A DNA stretch of 64,000 nt from the NCBI RefSeq assembly GCF_006345805.1, contig NC_043006.1:4526001-4590000 (forward strand), read 5' to 3'. The DNA is from Octopus sinensis (taxonomy: Eukaryota). Below the pieces are notes generated by a model. It was not told the DNA's origin, ran no database searches, and saw nothing but the letters and a program-made list of their open reading frames with translations. Numbering within the stretch: the stretch's first letter is position 1; each line of letters begins with the position of its first letter. Positions 1 through 64,000 of this stretch are shown here, one piece after another. Position numbers and translations under genes: made by a program.

Positions 1-477
1 AGTGAAAAACTATTTCTCTTCCCACAAATCAGTTTCTCTCTAACAATGTCTGAAGTCTTGGAAAGTTATGATTTATGAAAAAGAACTGAAACACCAGAAT
101 GGCATTATGAAGTTGAAGAGTCTTAAAATTCAAATTTGATTTAACAAAATATATATTTCACAATGGCACTGGTCAGTTTGTGTAGGTTACATTGGTAGCT
201 GCTGTACAAATTAGTTGAGATTTGTACAAATAGTTGAGTCTTGATTCAGACACAGCAGTTAGCTATAGGGACAGCAAAGAGCTATAGCAGAACCAACGAT
301 GGTAGGCTTCCTTGCTGAACGCTGCCCCTCTGCTGTTCCCCATCAGCACTAAGGCATGTGGCAGCAGCAGCTTTCCACTAACAACTCTGTCCTTAAGAGC
401 TTTCATGCTGAAGTTGTTAGGCATTCACATTCTTTACAGAGATTTGGAAGGATCTGAACCGGAACGCCCAGCATGGT

Positions 478-53769
<53,292 letters not shown>

Positions 53770-53778
<9 letters not shown>

Positions 53779-54270
53779 CTTTGACTACAAACGAAGTGAC
53801 CCACATGCAAGAAACCCAGCCACACTTTCTCCTTAGCCTCCTCCCTCCTCCTTCACGACGCCGCCAACAAACATTCGACCTCCACAACGACTCACACTAA
53901 CAACAACAGAATCTTAAAACACTCGACGATGATTTTTATTTATTTTCCTTAAACACCAACGAGCACATTTCTCGATTCTTTGTTCTGCAAAAGTGACGCC
54001 AGCCTTTCCTTCTTTTTTTTCTTTTTTTTTTTCCTCCCCCCCCCCCCCACGACTCAACCCCGATAACTCAATTACCAAACGGGAAATTACCTCCCTTGCT
54101 TTTAAAATCGCTACTTCGAAGTTCCACACAGATTTCTGGGTCCATTTCATTGATTTAATCGAAAACTACGTTGAAAGAGATATTTTTTTGATTTTGATTT
54201 TGATTCTTCTAGTTTCAGCTAATGAGCTGTGGCCATGCTGGGGCACCGCCATTAAATGTAATGTATTATA
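53770..54270 (-). promoter_or_regulatory. Main KAT2 promoter / 5' UTR region
   Basis: CpG-rich stretch immediately upstream of exon 1; AAAGATGGC (YY1-type motif) overlaps the ATG. The TSS cannot be determined from sequence. Confidence 0.55.
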
Positions 54271-54283
54271 ATGTATTATAATG

Positions 54284-54717
54284 GGATCTTTTCGGTTTGA
54301 AAGGCAGTTTTTTTTAAATAATTTCCACGTAACTAAACACTTTTAAACTTCGTATACTGGTAGAATGTGTTTATAAAACATCTTTTTCTCTTGGCTTTAT
54401 TGAGAAAATTCTGTAGTTTGTAAGATATTTGTTGTTTTTTTTCTTCAATTTCTGCAATTTCAACCAATCAATGACGTCTATTGAGGTGAAAACATTCTGT
54501 GACGTATGAAAATGTCCCCCGTTTAAGAAACAGATTGGGTTTATTTACATTTCTGAAGAAAAACAGATACCCTTCCCCCCTACCCCTAACCCTAATCCTA
54601 ACTAACCCTAACCCTAAAACAGATTGAAATGCAATAGATGGATACTTGGGTCATAATTATGGGTGACAATTTCATATGACACTGCTAGAAAAACTGCCGT
54701 TCAAACCGAAAAGATCC
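54284..54717. mobile_element. MITE with 29-bp TIRs and 8-bp TSD (GG termini; Merlin-like by inference)
   Basis: TIR GGATCTTTTCGGTTTGAA(A/C)GGCAGTTTTT; TSD TTATAATG at 54276-54283 and 54718-54725; internal degenerate (CCCTAA)n at about 54584-54617. Confidence 0.85.
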
Positions 54718-55204
54718 TTATAATGTATTTTGTCAAATCCCTAATTAGAAATGTACACCACTGTCTGTTCCCTTTGTATGAGTTATTTATTTTAAAGGAA
54801 AAAAATTGTAGAGCTGAGAAAACTAGTTGGTGGTGGTGGGCAGCGTCGGTTAAATTTGCTTCAAACTCATGAAAGGAAAAGTGACCTTTAGTTTTGCACC
54901 ACAAGAAGGGTTATTCTGTGAACCAACACACGCACAGTGTATATAGTATTTGCCTTGTGGAACCTGAGAATTTTATGATCCAATGAATGCAAAGTATTTG
55001 GCAGCGACTTTTTGCTTGTTAAAAATGTTCTTGTTTTTTATCGATTATATATTACACAGAGTCGCGCGCGCGTCATATAAAATCATAAAATGTTGTCAAA
55101 TTAACATTTATGCAAGAAACAGCAGTGAAAAAACATGGCAGAGTAGAAATAGTTTATGCAAAGTCATATGGCATAATACACCAAATATTAAGGTATACTG
55201 TGCG

Positions 55205-55664
55205 ATCTGGTCATCAAATCTAAATAGAGACTTCAAACTTGAAATATTCAAAGCCACAGTTGAACCAATTCTACTATATGGCTCAGAAACCTGGACGTTA
55301 TCAAAGAAGCTTGAGAGGCGGTTGGATGGAACCTACACTCGCCTCCTTATGAGAGCTCAAAATCTCTCGTGGAGGCGCCATCCAACTAAAATGCAAATAT
55401 ATGGGAAATTACCACCTGTGTCATCTCTTGTGAAAGGTAGGAGAGTCCAGTTTGCTGGACATTGTTGTAGAGCTGAAAAAGAAGTAATTTCTACTCTTCT
55501 CCTCTGGAAGCCATCTACTCGCAACACCAGAGGGCGCACACTCTCCTACCCTGATGTAATCTCCAGGGATACAGGCATCCAGCAACAGGACCTCCGTAAT
55601 GCTATGATGGACCGTGAAGTCTGGCGCAACATGGTAAATTCCATGTCGAACAATGATGATGATG
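55205..55664 (+). mobile_element. RTE/RTEX-type LINE 3' end
   Basis: IWSSNLNRDFKLEIFKATVEPILLYGSETWTL...RRVQFAGHC...DREVWR with a (GAT)n tail; accounts for ORF 54983-55711. Confidence 0.9.
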
Positions 55665-56070
55665 TGCGATTTGGAGATCCATTCAACCATCTTAGTAATG
55701 TGTTCTTATAGAAGCTCTCTTGTCTTTATGTTGCCATTGAGCATTTTGTATGCGAACAAGAGAGTGAGTTTGGTGACTGTGCATTTGCCAAAAAAAAATC
55801 TTGATTAGTCTAGCATCTACTCTGACTTGCATCGGATGGGGGCTGTTAGGACAAAGCCAAATGACTGGTGGCCTCTCTGCTTTTGTTACCTTTCTGTCAA
55901 GCTGAAAGGAAAGCTGGACTCTACAACACTTAGGGTAACTGAATGATCTTGTTAAGGACAGCTCTGCTTACCCATATGAGGAAGGGGCAAGAAATAGTGT
56001 CCAAAACAAAGCCCTCTTCACTCAGTCCGACTGATTTACTACAACCAGCAGGGGGATGTCACCTGCATGG

Positions 56071-56960
56071 ATGAAGATTGGACGATGGAACATCCAGACC
56101 TTCCAAAATAATTACAACAGCCTTGAAAAATGAAAGGTATGAATCACTCTTGAGCTTGCATAGTATATAATCTGGATGTAATTCCACTTTGTGAGACTTG
56201 GCTTGCTAAAGAAGGTCAGCTGAAAGAATTAAGTGCAGATTACACATGCTTTTAGGACAGAAAAAAAAACTATGATAAGCAATGGCTTTGCCATGAAGAC
56301 TTGCTGCTCAACAACTAGAATCTATCTTCTGAACGCCTTACTTCCCTGGGCATGGATACATTGAAACTCCGATGTCTGGCAGCTGACTTGGCAGACACTC
56401 ATAAAATTATTAACCATCTTACCAACAATAACTCTGAGCACCTTTTCAAACTCCACCCGTCTAACACCTGTGGACATGTTTACAAAGTCAGAAAACAGCA
56501 CAGCTCCCATGACTTTCGGAAATATTTTTTCACGCTAAGAGTTGCTGAAGTATGGAACAAACTGCCGACATCAGTTGTTAGTTGTCGGAGCACTGCATCC
56601 TTCAAAATTTTCATGCTTCCTGAGATTTGCCAACACTACACCTGATTTTCTCCCCTCCGTACACACGCAAGCATCTATCTGACTCATACACTGTTCACTT
56701 CCCAGACATTTGTACATTACTGCATATGCTTTATATGCATTTTTGACAAGTTGTGGTGCACCTGAGCACTGTATAAAATAATTTCATTATTATTTTTAAA
56801 AGGGGTTAGTGATAGAATCATATCTCTGGGAATTCCACTTGAAAAGAGAAATAAATATGCTACATTTCTCAGTGCATGTGTTTCTACCATGACTGGTTTG
56901 TTAAAGAAGAAAGGTAAGTTTTACAGTCACCTAGAATCCGTGCTTTCAACCAAGCAAACC
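56071..56960 (+). mobile_element. RTE LINE endonuclease relic split by a CR1 3' fragment (56325-56795)
   Basis: MKIGRWNIQT...YNLDVIPLCETW before the insert and KGVSDRIISLGIPL...ATFLSAC.STM...KFYSHL after it. Confidence 0.72.
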
Positions 56961-57836
56961 AGCTTTAAGCTATTTGCACTCAGCAAATGTGAGAGTCCAC
57001 TCTATTATAACCAATGAATGACCTAGACAATGTTTAATATCAGGCCACTGGTCATAATAGAGTGGACTCTTATATCAGGAAGTACTTCCTCCTTTTAAGG
57101 AATTATGCCAAGCACAGTGTTTATTAAGCACCAAAAACTTTCACCTTCTACTAAGATGCAGAAATCCTGGTATCTTGGAAGAAGGCAAAAACTCTGTGAT
57201 ATATCCATAACATTATATAGAGAACTAACTGAAGCACTGATTATACATACATTGTTTGCAAAATGGAAATTTAGAAGCAGAAGATGTCTAAAGGGCAAAC
57301 CATCACCAAAAAAAACTGAAGGTGAAGAATCTCAGGTTATCAGCATTTTAATAGATCTTTTTTTGAAACCATCTCCGTGGCCTTTACCTGGGATGTAGCC
57401 CGTCCACTTATGCATACCTTTCCTTCTTGGGACACAAAACTCTGCTTGCGAAGACCTGTTGAGGCAAGTGAAATCAAAATCGATCAAAAATTAATGGAAA
57501 TTATAGTTGTGATACCAGTGCTGGTGGCACGTAAAAGAACCATCTGATCATGGCCGTTGCCAGCCTCTCCTGGCACCTGTACCAGTGGCACGTAAAAAGC
57601 ACCCGCTACATTCACGGAGTGGTTGGCATTAGGAAGGGCATCCAACTGTAGAAACATAGCCAGATCAGACTGGGCTTCCCAGACCCCAGTCGAACCGTCC
57701 AACCCATGCTAGCATGGAAAACGGATGTTAAACGATGATGATGATGATGACACATTCATATATACATACATACACACAGACACACACACAGAGCAAGAAA
57801 GATAGGGAGATAGAAAAAGACATCGATAGATAGGTA

Positions 57837-59390
57837 TATCATCATCATCATCCTTTAATGCCCATGTTCCATGCTGGCATGGGTTTGATGGGTTGACAGG
57901 TTCCAAAGACTGCATCATACTCCATTTTCTGTTCTAGTATGTTTCTATGTCAACCACTTTAAACAGCATACAGGTTTTTTTTTTTACATGCACTGCCACT
58001 ATCAAAGTTGCCATGTAGCCTGCAAGACTACAATCGCTAAGGGAGGGATGAGGCTTTATGCTAGGGGATGAGGAATTAAAGAATGAGAGGAATGGAGTGC
58101 AGAGCAGGTCCTTGTAAAAGAGCTGCATGGTTACTTGCATTTTGTAGGGGATGACAGAGAGAGACTGATCAGTGGGGGCAGCAAAGAGATGGCTATTAGA
58201 GATGAGGTGTCCAGGCAGCCCTCAAGGCTAGAGCTGAATACAAGTGGGTGGGTTACGAGGTGGTAAGATGGTTTGGGGAGACATAGAGAGATGAGGGGTT
58301 GTGGAGGTGGCCTGCAACTGTAGAAATAATTAGTAGATGAGTTTGGAAGGATAGAGGGGTGCTGGAGGGAACAAGGTGTAGGGGTGGAAGAGAGATGTCG
58401 GGGTAGAGAATGGTGGCTATAATGCATGGGGTATAGGCGGTGAACTGGCAGAAACATTAGCAAAATGTTTAGCGGTATTTTGTCTGTCTTTATGTTCTGA
58501 GTTCAAATTCCACCGAGGTTGACTTTGTCATTCCTCCTTTCGGGGTCGATTAAATAAGTACCAGTTATGCACTGGGGTTGATATAATCGACTTAATCCGT
58601 TTGTCTGTCCTTGTTTGTCCTCTCTGTGTTTAGCCCCTTGTGGGTAGTAAAGAAATAGGTGTTTGGTCTGTCTTTTTGTTCTGAGTTCCAATTCCACCCA
58701 GATTGACTTTGCCTTTCATCCTTTCATGGGTTGATAAAATAAGTATCAGTTACGTACTGGGGTTGATGTAATCAACTGGTCCCCTCCCATCAAATTCCGA
58801 GTCTTGTGCTTAAAGTAGAAAAGAAATGAGTTGGGCATGATAGCATATATAAGAGGGAGCTGAGGATGAAAGATTGTTTGCCCTTAAAGGAGACAAAGTT
58901 GGCACAATCACACTGAAGGATGTTCTCAAGGTTTCTGTTTATGGATTCCATGCAGGTTTGGCATGTGACGACTAGGTAAGAATGTGGCAGAGAAGAGAGA
59001 TAACTGAGGGCACAGAAAGAAGGTAATTGGTGAAATAGCATGGATGGAGGGAGGAGGATTAAAGGGATGAGGCAAGGGGTAGTGCAGAGAAAAGGGGCCG
59101 GGGTGTAATACATTCTGATACTGCCCTCAAGTGATCGAAGCCACCAGGTGGCACCATAGATAGTGAAATAATGGTGTGTTGAGTGTCAAGGGAATGGCAT
59201 GTAAGGAATGCTTGACAGGGCAGTATGGATTAGAAACAGAATGCTTTCAGGACATCATTTTGCTGTGGTTGACAGGGTCTTCTTGAGCATAGTGAACTGC
59301 CAATTGTGTCAACCTTTTGTAATCTCCTCTGTGAAGCTCAGCATCTTGAGATCAGCCGATCAGCCATTACTATTTCATCCCCATCATCCC
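57837..59390 (-). mobile_element. RTE LINE 3' end with long purine-rich (plus-strand) UTR, interrupted by a family-3 SINE
   Basis: (CAT)n tail module at 57837, G/A-rich tracts, and an RT C-terminal remnant near 59270-59390 similar to the 43903-44165 fragment. Confidence 0.65.
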
Positions 59391-61546
59391 CTGGGGATAG
59401 GATTTATGCCACCTTGGGATATTTGAAAACAAGTGTCACCACCATACAATCAGTGTTGCTCATTTCCAGTCTTCTTTGCAAACATTGTCCTGCCATGGGG
59501 AAAATTACCTTCCTTGAAAATAGGTGTGGGTTGGTGATAGGAAGAGCATCCTACCTTAGAAAACCTGCCTGACAAATTCTGTTTGACCCATGCAAACGAA
59601 GAAAACTAAATGTTAAAATGATGATGATTACAATGACAGCAGCAGCAGTGACGATGATGATGATGTTGTTGATGATGATGATGATGTATCCTTTTTACTT
59701 ACTGAGTCTGAAGGGAGAGGCAGTGTCCATGACTCTTACTGACCTTCTGAGACTGGTGGAGCAGATATTATTAATGTTTTGTTGAAATTGTTGCAGGTCA
59801 ACACATCCAGCAAAGATATGAACAGTGGACCTATTTTAGTAGGCTAATGCTCTAGAGAGAAAGCACTGGGCTTGGATGCAACAAGGGTTTCAAGAGGGGG
59901 AAAAACAGTGATGCTTGAGTGGTGACAGTATAAGACCAGCCAACTCCAGGGAACACAATCCTTTATAGTAGTGATAAAGAAAGACAGCATGTCTGTGGGC
60001 TATAGTAGAAGACACTAGCCCAAGGTGCCACACAGTGGGACTGAACCTGGAGCCATGTGACTGGGAAGCAAGTTCCTTACCACACAACCTACCAGCATCT
60101 AAGTAGGAGTGAAAAGTAAATCTTCTAACTTCTGAAGCATATTACATCCTCTGATGAGGCTTTCTTCACTGTGCAATGCATCTGATGTCAGTACATCCTT
60201 CCTCACCCACCAGGGGGTAGTATAGAAGGATTGAAAATGGGCTGGACAAATTGCTATGCTTAATTTTATTTGGAACATTTAAAACTTGTCCAACACTTCA
60301 TCGAAGTAATTCCAAAAACATTTTCGGGTAATGTTAAGGAAAAAAAAAAGGAGGCTTTGAGGAGAATTAAAATTTTGGAAATATTCTTTTTCTTTGGTAA
60401 AAAATTGTAAAAAAATCTTAATTTATATTGTAAACGTAGTAAATCGAAGAAATTTGGGTAAAAAAATAATTGTGGGGGCCACTAGTATAAATTTCATTTA
60501 TGGTAATTCCACAGTTGACTGGTTTTGAAACAAATATGATTGAAAACATGATAAAACTATAAACAGTCTTTTGAAATAATGACACGAATTATATAAAATG
60601 ATGTAGGATCACTATATGTAATAGTGTACCTTATTAGCACCCTTTAAACCAATAAATAAGCAACATTAAGCTATAATATGAGTTTATAAACAATTATCTG
60701 TTAATCTCTATTTTACAAACAATTAATGATTATCTCCCCTTGATTTCTCCGGGGACCTCTATAGTACATGAGTGCATTCTAATATTCATTTGGTAGCCTT
60801 TAATTTAGTCAGTACTGAAGTGAAATATTATTCGTTCTGCCACAGCCGTTGCGATTCCATTTCAAAGCTCCACAACTTGATATGGATGAAAATACTAATA
60901 GAAAAAGATCAAAAACTGTCAAAAGTCGCAGTAATACGGCGGTAAATATTTACATTTTGCTTTTTAGTTGAATTTTTATTGTTGTTGTGAAATCTTTATT
61001 AATGTCTAAAGTGATAAATCTTTTTGTTATTATTCAATTCCCTGTGCTCAAATAGAAAGAAACGAGCTACATCGTGTAGTTCTTTACTACGTTGGTTCAG
61101 CAGAAAACAAACGGATCTTCGTCGGTTGCGACGGCATCCCAACTCTTTGATCAGCTGGACTTCGTTGAATCAACACATAAACGGTTGAGTATTTCCTAAA
61201 CATGTGTATTGTTACCAGTAATTCTCAGGAAGAATCAGCGTGACGCCGTGGGACTAAAGTTATTCTTTTGGGCGCGAGTTTTCGATTTAGGGACATAAAT
61301 GCTACATCAATTAAAAAAAAAAAAAATGAAATCTTATGGGAAAGCGAAAAGATCCCAAAACACATTCTACCAGTATACGAAGTTTAAAAGGCGCAGAGTG
61401 GCTGTGTGGTAAGTAGCTTGCTAACCAACCACATGGTTCCGGGTTCAGTCCCACTGCGTGGCATCTTGGGCAAGTGTCTTCTGCTATAGCCCCGGGCCGA
61501 CCAACTGAAAAAAGCCTGTCGTATATATGTATATATATATATATAT

Positions 61547-62631
61547 GGCATAGTTTCGGTTGTAGTAGCACAGATTTCCGTCGATTTCCGTAAAAAACTT
61601 TTATTTTTTTACATAAGTAATGAGAGCGAAAGAGACTAAGAGGAAGCGATTTTACGACGAGAAGGTTTCACTTTGAAATCGGCCTGTGTGTGTTTGATGG
61701 GGTGTGGAAGACAGGCAGTATGTTGTGTAAGTGAAGTGCTTCTGTTAGTGTGTGTGAAGAGACAGAGACATATATACACATACACCGAGTAAAAATTACT
61801 ATGAATCGGCCATACATACATACATACACACACACACATACATAGATACATACAACACACACATACATACATACATACATACCACACACATACTTACACA
61901 CACACACACACACATAGATACATACACACCACATACATGCAGACATACTATACACATACACCGAGTAAAAATTACTATGAATCGGCCATACATACATACA
62001 TACACACACACATACATAGATACATACACACACACATACATACATACACACACATCTTATACACCACACACACACACATAGATACATACACACACACACA
62101 TACATGCAGACATACATATACACATACACCGAGTAAAAAATTACACTGAATCGACCATACATACACTACATAGATACATAACATACACACACACATACAT
62201 GCAGACTACATATACACACATACACCGAGTAAAAAATTACGATGAATCGGCCATACATACATACTACACACACACATACTTACATACACCATACTTACCA
62301 CACACACACATACATAGATACATACACACACACACACACACATACATGCATACATACATATACACATACACCGAGTAAAATTTCAGTTATCTCTCTCTTT
62401 CACACATTACTCTCTCTGTCTCTTCGCACACACTAACAGAAGCACTTCACTTACACAACATACTGTCTGTCTCCCACACCCCATCAAACACACACAGGCC
62501 GATTTCAAAGAGAAACCTTCTCGTCATAAAATCGCTTCCTCTTAGTCTCTTTCGCTCTCATTACTTATGTAAAAAAATAAAAGTTTTTTACGGAAATCGA
62601 CGGAAATCTGTGCTACGACATGCGAAACTTC

Positions 62632-62634
<3 letters not shown>
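61547..62634. mobile_element. Foldback element, 1088 bp, 222-bp TIRs, internal satellite, inserted in (TA)n
   Basis: 61547-61768 is the near reverse complement of 62413-62634; the anchor CCGAGTAAAA recurs at 61785, 61961, 62129, 62225 and 62371, separated by CA/TACA microsatellite. Confidence 0.9.
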
Positions 62635-62663
<29 letters not shown>

Positions 62664-62666
<3 letters not shown>

Positions 62667-62896
62667 CGGAGATGTACTCGCATAGCAAGTAATTTGATCT
62701 GAGATCGTGTGCTGAAACGAAAACAATTGCAGCGTGGAAGGTGTTTATAAGCCATTTAAGAAACACACAAAAGCCGTTCGATTCACTTCAACATTTAAGT
62801 TTAATTTGTCATTAAACTTAAATGTTGAAGTGAATCGAACGGCTTTTGTGTGTTTCTTAAATGGCTTATAAACACCTTCCTCGCTGCAATTGTTTT
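62664..62896. mobile_element. Palindromic element (86-bp arms, 5-nt spacer) with a one-sided 56-bp extension, in (TA)n
   Basis: 62720-62805 versus 62811-62896 differ by one base; same family as 40921-41250 but with the hairpin tip deleted. Confidence 0.9.
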
Positions 62897-62917
62897 TATA
62901 TATATATATATATATAT

Positions 62918-62955
<38 letters not shown>

Positions 62956-63772
62956 TGTGTGTGTGTGTGTGTGTTTGTATGTCTGTTTGTCCCCCTAGCA
63001 TTGCTTGACAACCGATGCTGGTGTGTTTACGTCCCCGTTACTTAGCGGTTCGGCAAAAAGAGACCGATAGAATAAGTACTGGGCTTACAAAGAATAAGTC
63101 CCGGGGTCGATTTGCTTGACTAAAGGCGGTGCTCCAGCATGGCCGCAGTCAAATGACTGAAACAAGTAAAAGAGTTACAAAGAAATTGTTTTAAAACTCT
63201 GCCGGTCAAAGTGAAAAGATCCGTCTTGAATTATCGAAACGAAAAAGTAAATGCTTCAAAAAAATATTTTTATTAATATTTAGCAGACGCAACAGAGTGA
63301 CTCAAGGGCCGAGAGTTTCGTGCTTAAAATGGTCTTCATTTAGGTAACTAAGGTATCCATGGATAATAAAAGAGTTATTACAATCGCAAAATCTGTGGAT
63401 GTGTTAAGAAGTTTGCTTCCCAACCACATTGCCCCCTGTTCTGTGGCACCTTGGACAAGTGTCTTCTACCATAGCCTCCAACCGACTAAAGCCTTGTGGG
63501 TGGATTTGGTAGATGGAAACTAAAAGAATCCCGTCGTGTGTCTTTGTGTCTGTGTTTGTCCCCCACTATCGCTTGACAACCGATATTGGTGTGTTTACGT
63601 CCTCGTAACTTAGCGGTTCTGCAAAAGTGACTGATAGAATAAGTATCCAGCTTAAAAAAACAAAAACAAAAAAAGAACAGCTCTGCAGTCGATTCATTTG
63701 ACTAAAAGCTCCTCAAGGTAGCCCCCCCCCCCCAGAATGGCCGCAGTCTAATGACTGAAATAAGTAAAAGAT

Positions 63773-63805
<33 letters not shown>

Positions 63806-64000
63806 ACTGAAATTATCTTTTTTTCATATTTTTGCCCCAAACTTTTCGGAGATGTAAGGCCATATTGATCAAGTCCTCCGGACATGAAATTGGAAGCATC
63901 TTAGCCGACACAATATATATGATTGTGCAGGTGGCACGCTGTGCAGGTGGCACGTAAAAAGCACCCACTACACTCACGGAGTGGTTGGCGTTAGGAAGGG

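Noticed and set aside
370-420. SECIS-like ATGA...AAG hairpin in the KAT2 3' UTR after a TGA stop
   Set aside because: The stem is short and lacks the 3' GA of the non-Watson-Crick quartet; the TGA matches the normal GCN5 C-terminus (…WDK*).
54584-54617. Telomere or chromosome-fusion scar
   Set aside because: Only a few degenerate CCCTAA units, located inside a TIR/TSD-bounded MITE.
54983-55711. 242-aa ORF as a host gene
   Set aside because: Its core is an RTE-type RT C-terminus with a (GAT)n tail; the flanking residues are chance read-through.
61636-62436. Cluster of C/V/Y/M- and H/T-rich ORFs
   Set aside because: Translations of CA/TACA microsatellite inside the foldback element.

Overview
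Eukaryotic, AT-rich, repeat-dense genomic DNA. It is most likely from an octopus (coleoid cephalopod); this is an inference from the SINE/RTE repeat families, not a database result. Almost the whole window is one minus-strand gene, the single invertebrate GCN5/PCAF histone acetyltransferase (KAT2A/KAT2B co-ortholog). I reconstructed 17 coding exons by hand between 53778 and 478. All introns are GT-AG with consistent phases, giving 2559 nt / 852 aa: PCAF-N domain, GNAT HAT domain and bromodomain. Introns and the upstream region are filled with tRNA-derived SINEs, RTE and CR1 LINE fragments, mariner/Tc1 relics, piggyBac-like and other MITEs, non-autonomous Helitrons and palindromic elements sitting in (TA)n tracts. 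The most interesting signal is inside the 11-kb intron 9. A CpG-rich island there carries a compact promoter-motif cluster (ETS-CRE, CCAAT, RFX-like), followed by an ATG-initiated 120-nt, Lys/Arg-rich exon. That exon ends in CAG|GTCAGT, in phase with exon 10. This predicts a roughly 403-aa short KAT2 isoform (HAT plus bromodomain) whose new basic leader would replace the bipartite NLS encoded by the bypassed exon 9. Other notable signals are a decayed hammerhead-ribozyme-like motif, asymmetric and foldback palindromic elements in TA microsatellites, and a young 40-bp minisatellite born inside a retroelement tail. No CRISPR array, rRNA or genuine tRNA gene was found.
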